A DNA stretch of 64,000 nucleotides, from NCBI GenBank assembly GCA_963665285.1, contig OY762266.1, forward strand, positions 2,337,527 through 2,401,526, written 5' to 3'. Every line of letters starts with the position of its first letter. Positions within the stretch are counted from its first letter, which is position 1. The stretch comes from Candidatus Poribacteria bacterium. GTDB taxonomy: Bacteria; Poribacteria; WGA-4E; PCPOR2b. Below are positions 50,851 through 59,893 of this stretch, piece by piece. A program made the position numbers and the translations under genes. The notes under the pieces are model-generated. The model made no database searches. It was not told the DNA's origin and saw only the letters and a list, made by a program, of their open reading frames with translations.

Positions 50851-52620
50851 TTAATGTAGTGCTGATTGAGTTTCCACATAGCTTGGGTCTGAGTCCTGAA
50901 CAAAGAGATTCTTTTGACTCAAATAGCGCATCGCTTCACTCGCAATCTTTTGGAAAATTGGGGCTGTGACATGGCTGCTCAACGGAGCACCCGCTGGCTC
51001 ATCAACGACAACAATAATTGAGAGTAGCGCATCCTCCGCCGGAAGAAACCCTGCAAAAGTAGCGACCACTTTGCCTTCGACGTATCCCTTTCCTCGCTCC
51101 GCTTTCTGTGCTGTGCCGGTTTTGCCAGCAACAGCATATCCTTCGACACGCGCTCTCAGTCCACCGCCAACTTCCGTCACCCCGACAAGCATTTGTGTCA
51201 TTGCTTGTGCAGTTTCTACAGAAATGACGCGACGAATCGGCTGAGGCGAGGATTGCTCTATCAGATTTCCATCCTTATCAATAATTTGTCGAGTGATATA
51301 CGGTTGCAGCAGTACGCCTTTGGTAGCAATAACGTTGATGGCATTTAACATCTGTATGGGTGTCACAGAAATCCCCTGCCCAAACGGAACAGCGGCAATC
51401 GTGTAGTCATCCCATTTCTGGATACCCCTCAGGCTGCCGATACGTTCGTAAGGCAGATCGATACCGGTTTTTTCACCGAATCCAAACCGGCGCGTATAGC
51501 CCTCCAACTGCTCTTTATCAAGATATCTTGCAGCCTTAAGGATACCGATATTACTGGATTTTGCGATAATTTCACTGAGTGTTAGCCACGCATTGGGTTT
51601 AATGTCGTGAACAACATGCCCATTGGACAAACGATATTCCCCCATCTCGCAATACTCACGCGAGTACGGAGACATCAGTTTCTCGTTGAGGAGTGCAGCA
51701 GCGGTAACAATCTTAAACACAGAACCGGGTTCGTATTGCATCCAGATAGCGCGATTTCGCTTGGCTGATTCTTCGCTCCTTGAGTAGTGATTGAGATTGT
51801 AGTTCGGATAATTTGCTAATGCCAAAATTTCGCCGCTTTTGGAGTGCATGACGATTGCACTCCCCGACCTCGCTTGCCACTCCTCACAACCGGCAATCAG
51901 TTCCCTTTCTGTGATATGTTGGATGTACTCATCAAGCGTAAGGACAACGCTACGTCCGTGTTGCCCGCCTTGCTGATAAAGTTGGGGTGGACGAATCGGG
52001 CGTCTCTTACCATCGGCAGTGATCCGATTACTTGTTGATTGTGATTCTCGGAGGTTGTTATTGTTACTGGTACTTAGGTAGGCATTATATTGATGTTCGA
52101 TCCCATCAATACCTCTATTTTCAAAATTGGTATATCCAATAATATGGGACGCTAGTTCGTCTTTTGGGTAGGAGCGTTTTCCATGGGTCCGATATCCGAT
52201 CCCATAAATGCTTTTAGTGATTTGGCGGATATCGTTAAGCCGTTCATAATCTAAGTTCCGTTTCAGCCAAACAAAACGCCTTTTCTTTTTCTGCAGTACC
52301 GACAAGAGTCTATCTTCCGAGACATCGAGTAGCGGCGCAAGTTTACTAGCAATCTCATCAGGCTTATCTCTCAGCACTTTTGGATCTGCATAGACCGAGA
52401 TTAAGTCCTGATTGATTGCAAAGACGCTTCCGTGCCGATCCAAAATCGTAGCGCGCTTTGTCTGAGAGCCCACTTGCGTGTTACGCTGATTTTCAGAACG
52501 TTTGCGCAGCTCCTGACCGTGTACATACTGGATTAGAAATAAGCGTCCTATCAATAATCCTAAGCAGAGTTCCAAACCGACCCATACGATTGTAATCCGG
52601 GACAAAGGTATATTGTTCAT
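50851..52620 (-). CDS. ftsI: peptidoglycan D,D-transpeptidase (class B PBP, FtsI-like)
   Basis: N-terminal TM anchor, PBP dimerisation domain, and a transpeptidase domain with SxxK (SVFK), SxN and KTG (KTGT) motifs. Confidence 0.85.
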   Translation of the reverse strand: MNNIPLSRITIVWVGLELCLGLLIGRLFLIQYVHGQELRKRSENQRNTQVGSQTKRATILDRHGSVFAINQDLISVYADPKVLRDKPDEIASKLAPLLDVSEDRLLSVLQKKKRRFVWLKRNLDYERLNDIRQITKSIYGIGYRTHGKRSYPKDELASHIIGYTNFENRGIDGIEHQYNAYLSTSNNNNLRESQSTSNRITADGKRRPIRPPQLYQQGGQHGRSVVLTLDEYIQHITERELIAGCEEWQARSGSAIVMHSKSGEILALANYPNYNLNHYSRSEESAKRNRAIWMQYEPGSVFKIVTAAALLNEKLMSPYSREYCEMGEYRLSNGHVVHDIKPNAWLTLSEIIAKSSNIGILKAARYLDKEQLEGYTRRFGFGEKTGIDLPYERIGSLRGIQKWDDYTIAAVPFGQGISVTPIQMLNAINVIATKGVLLQPYITRQIIDKDGNLIEQSSPQPIRRVISVETAQAMTQMLVGVTEVGGGLRARVEGYAVAGKTGTAQKAERGKGYVEGKVVATFAGFLPAEDALLSIIVVVDEPAGAPLSSHVTAPIFQKIASEAMRYLSQKNLFVQDSDPSYVETQSALH

Positions 52621-52739
52621 AGGGTATTATGCAGAAGTGTAACAGTGTGCACTACTGAGGAGATTCTTCAAGGAAGTAGGTATTCCAGAATACCTCAAAG
52701 GTTAAGGGACTGCACAATTAAACGCTCGACTCACAGATC

Positions 52740-53033
52740 CTAATCAGCGTGCAGCTCACGGGCTGACTCGGAGGGTTGAACCATCTGGAGATCTTTCGCG
52801 ATTTCGTGAATCCGTTCAATCGAAGTGAGCCTTGTTTCCTGTATTTTGAGCCTATTGATTTCGTTGTGGAGCTGATCTCTTCGCTGCTCAAAGTCCTCAC
52901 GCATTTGCAGCGCAACCTTGTGCTGGCTTGACGCAAACCATGCACTCAGAAAAAAGATACCGATGTAAATGGCGAGTGCGAAGTATGCAAAGGGATGAAA
53001 TTTTGACGATGGAGCTGGTTTTTGGTATTTCAT
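52740..53033 (-). CDS. ftsL: cell division protein FtsL-like
   Basis: 97 aa with a single TM helix and a coiled-coil segment, positioned between rsmH and ftsI. Confidence 0.65.
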   Translation of the reverse strand: MKYQKPAPSSKFHPFAYFALAIYIGIFFLSAWFASSQHKVALQMREDFEQRRDQLHNEINRLKIQETRLTSIERIHEIAKDLQMVQPSESARELHAD

Positions 53034-53093
53034 GGTTAAAATAGTCTCTAATTGTTCCTTTGTAAACCATCTCGTCCGGTTTTTAAGAAACGT

Positions 53094-54110
53094 TTAATCT
53101 GGCGTTTTAGATTCGTGGATCTTCATCGCAACCCGTAATTTCGCACTTCGGGACCGAGGATTGCGTCGAATTTCATCGGGGGTTGGAACTATTGGACGCT
53201 TGGTCAGTATTTCAAGAGTAGGTGTATGCTGACATATACAGATAGGAGTCTTCGGCGGGCAGATGCAAGCACGTGAGAGGGCGCGGAATTGTTCTTTAAC
53301 AATTCGATCTTCGAGAGAATGGAAAGAGATGATGCATAAGCGTCCACCGGGCTTCAAAGCGGCAGAGGCACAATGTATCCCGGAATGCAGGTTTTTAAGT
53401 TCATCGTTAATATAAATTCTTAACGCCTGAAAAACCCTTGTCGCGGGATGGATGCGCCAACCCGTTGATTTGTGGGGAATCGCATCCAGAACGAGTTCAG
53501 CCAGTTGACCCGTTGTTGAGATTGGCTTGCGTTTTCGAGCGCGAACAATCTGGCGCGCAATCTTTTTAGACCAACGCTCTTCACCGAATTGTGTAAAAAT
53601 CGTTGCGAGCGCGTCCTCTGGATGGCGGTTCACGACGCGCGCTGCTGATAGAGATTGGCTGGCATCCATCCGCATATCTAAGGGACCAGAGCGATTGAAA
53701 CTAAACCCTCTTGCCGGCGTATCAAGCTGCAAAGATGACACCCCTAGGTCTAGTAAAATGCCATCAACTTGCGGAATCGTGGCTTCCTGCGAATCTCCAC
53801 TGCAATGCAGTTGAGGTAGCTGATCTAAGTGAGCAAAATTATCACTAACAAATGCTACCCGCTCCTCATATTCGCGCAGCCTTTCCTCGGCAATAGCCAA
53901 CGCCTCCGCGTCCAAATCAATCCCAAGTAGGAACCCTTTCGGCGCAGATTTTTGTAAAACGACAGCGGCATGCCCACCTAATCCAACCGTGCCATCCACA
54001 TAAAAACCGTGGTTTTTCGGTTGTAAAAACTGAATCACTTCATCAACTAGAACAGGTATGTGGTCCTCACCCATCTCTTTCTGAGTCTCCCTCGTTTTCG
54101 TTCTGCTCAA
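53094..54110 (-). CDS. rsmH: 16S rRNA (cytosine1402-N4)-methyltransferase
   Basis: HIPVLVDEV...DGTVGLGGH...SAM-binding motifs of MraW/RsmH. The start could instead be the internal ATG at 54074. Confidence 0.9.
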   Translation of the reverse strand: MSRTKTRETQKEMGEDHIPVLVDEVIQFLQPKNHGFYVDGTVGLGGHAAVVLQKSAPKGFLLGIDLDAEALAIAEERLREYEERVAFVSDNFAHLDQLPQLHCSGDSQEATIPQVDGILLDLGVSSLQLDTPARGFSFNRSGPLDMRMDASQSLSAARVVNRHPEDALATIFTQFGEERWSKKIARQIVRARKRKPISTTGQLAELVLDAIPHKSTGWRIHPATRVFQALRIYINDELKNLHSGIHCASAALKPGGRLCIISFHSLEDRIVKEQFRALSRACICPPKTPICICQHTPTLEILTKRPIVPTPDEIRRNPRSRSAKLRVAMKIHESKTPD

Positions 54111-54171
54111 TCAGGCATACACCCCTTTCCCGCGTTGATTTGGGAGGTGCTTACCAATCTTGCGTGCAATG

Positions 54172-55556
54172 CCCCATCCCTTTAGGGTGGGGATGTAGCA
54201 CGCCCAAGTGCGTTGTTAGTCAAAAAACGGTTGAGATTGCAGGTAAAAGATGCTACAGTTACCTTGGCTTTCGTGAGAGGGCGCAACTTCGCTGCTTAGT
54301 GGCACCTCTCACCTCCAATTGCGTGGACATGAAATCCAGATAGCCAATTGCATAATGAAAACCTACAAGTTCAAAATGTATAGCAACCACAATAATCGTG
54401 AGTTGCAAAAAACGATTGACAGCCATGCTCATGTGTGGAATCACTTTGTGGCGTTGTGTCGCCGATACTATGCTATCTACGGGACATATCCGGGTAAGAA
54501 AGCACTGATGCGCCACTTAACCAAGTTGAAGCGGCTTCCCCGCTTTGCCCATTGGAATCAGTTGCCGAGTCAATCGTTGCAAGACGTAATAGACCGACTT
54601 GATAAAGCGTACTCTAAACTGTTTACTGACCGCAAAAGCGGCAAACGTTCCGGTCGTCCCCGTTTCAAGAGACGTAAACTATACAAGTCCTACACGCTCA
54701 AGCAAGCGGGTTGGAAACTGCTACAAGACAACTATATCCGTATCGGCAAACGGATATACCGATATTTCAAAAGTCGGAAAGTCTTAGGCACGCCGAGACG
54801 CTGTACGATTAAGCGGGACAGCGTAGGGGACGTATGGCTAATCATTCTGACAGATCATGTAGAGATGCCCTTGAATCGACCCACGACGGGTAACAGCGCG
54901 GGGTTCGATTTTGGACTCAAGCGGTATCTCACCGGGTCCGACTCCAATGACTACGACTCTCCACAATTCTTCAAACGGAGTCTCAACGCTATCAAACGTG
55001 CAAACCGCAACCGCTCACGAAAGGTTAAAGGTTCAAACAACCGTGAACGTGCGAGACTCAATGTTGCACGGAAACACCGACGTATTGCCAATCAAAGAGC
55101 CGACTTCCATTGGCAGCTAGCGCATGAGCTAACAGACCGGTATGATTGGATTTCACTGGAGACCCTCACCATTAAGGGCATGAAAAGCCTTTGGGGTCGT
55201 AAGGTCTCTGATTTGGGGTTCTATGACTTCGTCCAGAAACTGAAGTATATTAACTCTAAGAAACAGCATCGTGAAGTCCGATTCATTGATAAGTGGTATC
55301 CATCAAGCCGAACCTGTCACGTCTGTGGCGCAATTAATCAAGATCTGAACCTTCGTGACAGAACATGGCAATGTCCAAATTGCCACACAGAGTTGGATAG
55401 AGACCGTAACGCTGCGGTCAATATTCATAGGGTAGGGGCATCTACCCTCTCAGAAGAGGTCGTAAGTCCCAGTTCACCGGGCTAACTTCGTTGATAGAGC
55501 AATTCGACACCTTAAAAGGGAACGGGTGAGAATACCCACCCTTTAGGGTGTGGGAG
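54172..55556 (+). mobile_element. IS200/IS605-family tnpB-only element (IS1341-type), approximate bounds set by subterminal hairpins
   Basis: CCCCATCCC-TTTA-GGGTGGGG (54172-54192) upstream and CCCACCC-TTTA-GGGTGTGGG (55535-55556) downstream of tnpB share the CCCTTTAGGGTG core. No tnpA. Confidence 0.5.
54355..55485 (+). CDS. tnpB: TnpB (IS605 OrfB family RuvC-like, putatively RNA-guided, endonuclease), apparently intact
   Basis: MKTYKFKMYSNHNN N-terminus. RuvC-I (AGFDFGLKRYL), RuvC-II (ISLETLTIKGM), zinc finger (CHVCG...CPNCH) and RuvC-III (DRDRNAAVNI) all present in one frame. Confidence 0.85.
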   Translation: MKTYKFKMYSNHNNRELQKTIDSHAHVWNHFVALCRRYYAIYGTYPGKKALMRHLTKLKRLPRFAHWNQLPSQSLQDVIDRLDKAYSKLFTDRKSGKRSGRPRFKRRKLYKSYTLKQAGWKLLQDNYIRIGKRIYRYFKSRKVLGTPRRCTIKRDSVGDVWLIILTDHVEMPLNRPTTGNSAGFDFGLKRYLTGSDSNDYDSPQFFKRSLNAIKRANRNRSRKVKGSNNRERARLNVARKHRRIANQRADFHWQLAHELTDRYDWISLETLTIKGMKSLWGRKVSDLGFYDFVQKLKYINSKKQHREVRFIDKWYPSSRTCHVCGAINQDLNLRDRTWQCPNCHTELDRDRNAAVNIHRVGASTLSEEVVSPSSPG

Positions 55557-55713
55557 TATGTCAATAAACAGCCCAGACCACTCACCTCAAACAGGAGGAT
55601 TATAGCACAGGCGCATCCCATGTCAAGCGTAAAATTGGCATAGAAGGCGAGGCACAAAAACGTAGGTAGACACGTTCAAGCAATCCTCCACAGATAGAAG
55701 TTACACACTTCAG

Positions 55714-55734
55714 TCTGTAGTAGCGCGTTCATTG
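55714..55734. repeat. variant copy of the GTAGTAGCGC...CATTGC REP-like repeat
   Basis: CTGTAGTAGCGCGTTCATTGC compared with GTTTGTAGTAGCGCAATTCATTGCGCG at 7968 and 31196. Confidence 0.35.
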
Positions 55735-55866
55735 CTTTCTCCTCTCCCCTGCTTTCGGGGGAATAAAGGGGGACAGGGGAGTTAGAGGGGGTGCGGTTCA
55801 ACGCAGCGCAAGACTGTGAACGTTCAACTGCGTCAGTCCTAACAGATTAGAAATCGTCAACAAATA

Positions 55867-56433
55867 TCACATGCCCTCTGTGAGGATCTGGTGGAGAGGA
55901 ACGTCCCAAGTCTGCGGATAGGTATCTGTCACAATTTGCGCTTCGTAAGCTAATCCAATCCAAACTGCTTGCGGACATTGCGGCAGGAATCGATCATAGA
56001 AGCCAGCACCGTATCCGATCCGATAGCCCTTGGGGTCGAAAGCAACACCGGGAACAAAGATTAAATCGATCTGGTTCAAAGGAAAAGGAGGACAGGTTTC
56101 CCTATTCGGCTGGTACACACCGTATGGATGGAGAACAAGATCTTTTTTCGCATCTACGATACGGTGTGGTGTAAGGGTTCGCTGTTTCATACGCATCACA
56201 GGGGCAAGCGCAATCTTATTCCGAACCAACAGATAATCAAGCAGACCACCGGTCTCTACCTCACTTCGCATACTGAGGTAGACTAGGACTGCATTGGCTC
56301 GGTTCGCCTCAATCAGGTTGATTGCATGGTCAACAATCCGTCGGCTCAACTTAGCTCTTACACTTGGTGGGAGGCTGTCTCGTTTGCGGAGGACTTCCGT
56401 CCGAAGCCGCTCGCGCTCCTGTCTCTGGTTCAT
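55867..56433 (-). CDS. 5-formyltetrahydrofolate cyclo-ligase
   Basis: MTHFS family pattern (VLVYLSMRSEVET...GYGAGFYDRFL). Start moved to the ATG at 56433, which has GAGGGGA upstream. Confidence 0.8.
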   Translation of the reverse strand: MNQRQERERLRTEVLRKRDSLPPSVRAKLSRRIVDHAINLIEANRANAVLVYLSMRSEVETGGLLDYLLVRNKIALAPVMRMKQRTLTPHRIVDAKKDLVLHPYGVYQPNRETCPPFPLNQIDLIFVPGVAFDPKGYRIGYGAGFYDRFLPQCPQAVWIGLAYEAQIVTDTYPQTWDVPLHQILTEGM

Positions 56434-56453
56434 TTGGTTGGTATCCCGTCCCC

Positions 56454-57773
56454 TCACGCCTGCCATTCGATCTGGTCAATATACTTGGCAAGGGTATCGC
56501 GGAAGGTTGATGGCTTCATTTTGAGCAGTTTTGCGGCTTGCGTTTTGTTTCCCTGTGCTTTTTTCATTGCCCAACCAATGAGTTCACGCTCGGTCGACCG
56601 GATAATCTCTTGGAAGGAGATCTCACTCAACGCCTCATCTAAGCTGACCTGTGCTGGCAGTTTCAACTCAAGCGGAATATCATCGGCGGTAATATCTGCT
56701 CCGTCTCCAACCGTTACAAGTCGTTCGATCACGTTTTCTAATTCGCGGATGTTGCCGGGCCATGGATATACTGTGAGCACCTCGACAGCTTCGGGAGCGA
56801 TGTGGATGGCGGCATTGGGCGAGAATAGATCTAAAAAGTGATTAATCAAGAGAGGAATATCCTCGACCCGTTCACGTAACGGTGGCAGAAAAATCGGGAC
56901 AACGTTTAGGCGGTAGAAGAGATCGTCCCGAAATTCTCCATTCTGAACTTTCGTACGCAAATTCTTGGTTGTCGCAGCGATAATCCGCACGTCCCTCCTT
57001 TGTGTGTTTCTGTCTAGGTTTAGCTGCTGCCCCTCTAGTGCCGGTAGAAATTTGGCCTGCAGTGCATCGGGAAGGGCATCAATATCTTTAAGAAAAAGCG
57101 TCCCTTTACGCCCAAACTCGTCTTCCGTCTGCTTGTCTCCGAATAACTCTCGATCTAATGTTTCGGTAAGTACTCCTGAACAGTTTACGATCCTAAAGGG
57201 ATGGAGTCTGCGCGCGCTGTTAAAATGAATTGATTTTGCAACGAGCGTTTTTCCTGTGCCATGTTCCCCATAGATTAGCACAGTACTCTGGGTGTCGGAG
57301 ACATTTTCAAGCAGGTCAAAGAGGTCTTGTATCGCTTGACTTTTCCCGATAATATGATGGTATGGAGAGCGTCCTTTCATGGGAACTTTTAGCTGTGAAC
57401 GCTGTTTACCTCTGCCGTGGAGCATTTTCAGTTTATCCAGCATCTGAATCAGTTCTTCGCTGGAAAAAGGTTTCTTGATATAGTTATACGCCCCAAATTT
57501 CATTGCTTCTACAGCGGTTTCAACACTCGCATAGGCAGTCATGACAATCACAACAATATGGGGCTGCTCTTTCTGGACGCGCTTGAGAAATTCAATTCCG
57601 TGCATCTTTGGCAGGCGCAGATCGGTAACAAGAACATCGAAATGTTCGTTCTGAACAAGTTGTAGTCCAATCGCTGGAGACTCAACCGCGATGGTATCGT
57701 AGTTAGCCTCGCGCAAATCATCACGTAGTGTAATTAGTTTGATTTTTTCATCATCAACAACCAGTACTTTCAA
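56454..57773 (-). CDS. sigma-54-dependent response regulator (NtrC/Fis family: REC + AAA+ + HTH)
   Basis: REC domain (VVDDE...D...K), AAA+ sigma-54 interaction domain (GEHGTGKTLVAKSIH, plus a GAFTGA-like region) and a C-terminal Fis-type HTH. It starts with TTG overlapping the HK stop (TTGA). Confidence 0.85.
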   Translation of the reverse strand: MKVLVVDDEKIKLITLRDDLREANYDTIAVESPAIGLQLVQNEHFDVLVTDLRLPKMHGIEFLKRVQKEQPHIVVIVMTAYASVETAVEAMKFGAYNYIKKPFSSEELIQMLDKLKMLHGRGKQRSQLKVPMKGRSPYHHIIGKSQAIQDLFDLLENVSDTQSTVLIYGEHGTGKTLVAKSIHFNSARRLHPFRIVNCSGVLTETLDRELFGDKQTEDEFGRKGTLFLKDIDALPDALQAKFLPALEGQQLNLDRNTQRRDVRIIAATTKNLRTKVQNGEFRDDLFYRLNVVPIFLPPLRERVEDIPLLINHFLDLFSPNAAIHIAPEAVEVLTVYPWPGNIRELENVIERLVTVGDGADITADDIPLELKLPAQVSLDEALSEISFQEIIRSTERELIGWAMKKAQGNKTQAAKLLKMKPSTFRDTLAKYIDQIEWQA

Positions 57774-59512
57774 TCCTGTTCCACCCCTCTCCTAGCCGGT
57801 AATTTGACGGTGAACACGGAGCCCTGTTCAATCTTGCTATCGAATTCGATGACACCTTCATGTTGTCTGATGATTCGGTTGGATACCGAAAGCCCAAGTC
57901 CTGTCCCTTTCTCAGTAATCTTTGTGGTATAAAACGGGTCAAAAATCCGATCTTGGACGGATCTGGGGATGCCGATTCCTGTATCCGTTACTTGAACGAA
58001 AACTGTCGCTTTGCCAAGTAACGCATCAAACTCGATCTCCCCAGTTTTGAAGGTTAACGCACCACCATCAGGCATAGCGGCAATCGCATTTAGGGCAAGG
58101 TTTAAGACAACTTGCTCTAATAGGTGTTTGTCCCCAAGGATTAGATCTAGCTCTTCTTGGAAATGCTTCTTAATCTGAATACCTTTCTCGTCAGCACTGT
58201 ACGCAATCAGGCCAACGACTTCGTTAACAACCTCATTGAGAGAGACTGACGTGAGTTCCAAATCACGTTGGCGTGAGAAATTGAGAAGCTGCCCAACGGT
58301 CGATTCAATCCGCCTGAGGGCTTCCTCCATGAGTCCCAAGTATTCTTTGGTCTGTCGCTCATTCTGCGGATCACGCTTTATCCGAAGGATACAATTGAGT
58401 AGACCGTCAAGGGGGTTATTGATCTCATGTGCAACCCCTGATGCCAACTCACCTATCGCCGCCATCTTCTCTGATTGGACCATCTGCTGTTCCATCCGTT
58501 TCCGATCGGTCACGTCACGGCAAACCAAAACCGTGCCTAAGTAGTTGTCATCCCTGTCCCGCACAGCGGCATAAGTGTTTTCAAAGAATTTATCCTTAAT
58601 TTCTAGACTCTGCTGTTCAATCACCGCGTGCCCCTTCGATAAATCCTCTGCAATTTGCAGGAATACCCCGTCAGCCTCTGGGGATTGGATGGCATCTGTA
58701 TCGAGTCCGAACTGCTCTTTTTGAATCTGCTGTCCCACTTTGTTAAAGAGTGATACATGGTTCTTATCGTCAACAAAGATAACCCCTTCCTGCATACACT
58801 CAATAATTGACGTAAGCTTATTCCGCTCGAAAAGCACCGCTCCTCTTGCCTCTTCTAACTCAACGACCTTTTCCTCAAGATTGTCTTTCAATTCGCGGGT
58901 TTCCGCCTCACGCGCTCTCGCGGTGTCCATAATCGATGTCGCAAGATAAACGGAGAAAAACAGGGTACTGGTAAACACGAACAGCACACTTGAGATGTAA
59001 ATCGGATTTCGCCAGAGTGTCGCAGGTAGAAAATTCTGCAGATGGGAATGAGGCAGGATATGGTAATATTCCAAGAAAATCAGAGCACTTAAAAGAATCG
59101 TATTGAGTGCGGCGAGGATGTAACTGACTTTTTTAGAGAGAAGTATGCTCGCAATAACGAGATGAAAAATAAAGTAAAAAATAAACGGGTTTTCGACACC
59201 ACCGCTAAAGTGGATGAGTGCGGTCAAAGAGAACAAATCTAGGATAATATGTCTACCCGCATGCCGCTGAACTGATACAAGCGGCTTTTCCGTAAGATGC
59301 CTAGGATAGATTTGCGGTTCAAAGTTGTAAAGGGTCATCAATGCCGCGATGATATACAACGGCGTCGGATTATTAATGATGTGGAGTCCCCAACTTGCAA
59401 TGCTTACAGTCAGCAAGACCCCCGTTATGGCGATCCAGCGGAGCTTGACAAGCCAGCGGATTCGCTTGATGAGTTCAATTTTAAGAGGTAAATCTGTTGA
59501 AGTTGTAACCAT
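57770..59512 (-). CDS. membrane-bound PAS-domain sensor histidine kinase
   Basis: About six N-terminal TM helices, a PAS region, the HisKA H-box (HEINNPLDG) and HATPase_c N, G1 and G2 boxes (DTGIGIP, GTGLGLS). Confidence 0.85.
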   Translation of the reverse strand: MVTTSTDLPLKIELIKRIRWLVKLRWIAITGVLLTVSIASWGLHIINNPTPLYIIAALMTLYNFEPQIYPRHLTEKPLVSVQRHAGRHIILDLFSLTALIHFSGGVENPFIFYFIFHLVIASILLSKKVSYILAALNTILLSALIFLEYYHILPHSHLQNFLPATLWRNPIYISSVLFVFTSTLFFSVYLATSIMDTARAREAETRELKDNLEEKVVELEEARGAVLFERNKLTSIIECMQEGVIFVDDKNHVSLFNKVGQQIQKEQFGLDTDAIQSPEADGVFLQIAEDLSKGHAVIEQQSLEIKDKFFENTYAAVRDRDDNYLGTVLVCRDVTDRKRMEQQMVQSEKMAAIGELASGVAHEINNPLDGLLNCILRIKRDPQNERQTKEYLGLMEEALRRIESTVGQLLNFSRQRDLELTSVSLNEVVNEVVGLIAYSADEKGIQIKKHFQEELDLILGDKHLLEQVVLNLALNAIAAMPDGGALTFKTGEIEFDALLGKATVFVQVTDTGIGIPRSVQDRIFDPFYTTKITEKGTGLGLSVSNRIIRQHEGVIEFDSKIEQGSVFTVKLPARRGVEQD

Positions 59513-59556
59513 GTTGATATAGACAACTGGTGTCCCCTAAAGAAGTGTGTCAATTG

Positions 59557-59844
59557 CTACTTCTGGAACTGGACTTCCCCATGCACCTCAATCGAATCGA
59601 CAATCGCCATAATCACTGCATCAACAGGCTTGTTCTTGGTAACATCGGTTTGGCGGGCTGAACTTCCTGCTGCGGTGAGTACCAACTCACCGACGCCCGC
59701 ACCAACAGCATCAACAGCAACTGTATATCGACTGAGGAGCGTTCCATCTAGCTCAGTATCCTGTACAATCAGCAACTTACTACCGATGAGCTTTTGATCT
59801 TTTCGTGTGGCAACGACAGTACCCACAACTTTTCCAACCGTCAT
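59557..59844 (-). CDS. bacterial microcompartment vertex protein (BMC-P; EutN/CcmL/PduN family)
   Basis: [28 protein letters not shown]...[24 protein letters not shown]...[14 protein letters not shown] matches the conserved CcmL/EutN pattern along its whole 95-aa length. Start at the ATG at 59844 (AGGAAAAG upstream). The longer ORF-track N-terminus runs into the IS4 end. Confidence 0.8.
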   Translation of the reverse strand: MTVGKVVGTVVATRKDQKLIGSKLLIVQDTELDGTLLSRYTVAVDAVGAGVGELVLTAAGSSARQTDVTKNKPVDAVIMAIVDSIEVHGEVQFQK

Positions 59845-59893
59845 GCGAAATCTTTTCCTGTTTGTTGTTAGTCCGAGAAACGCAAATCGTCTA

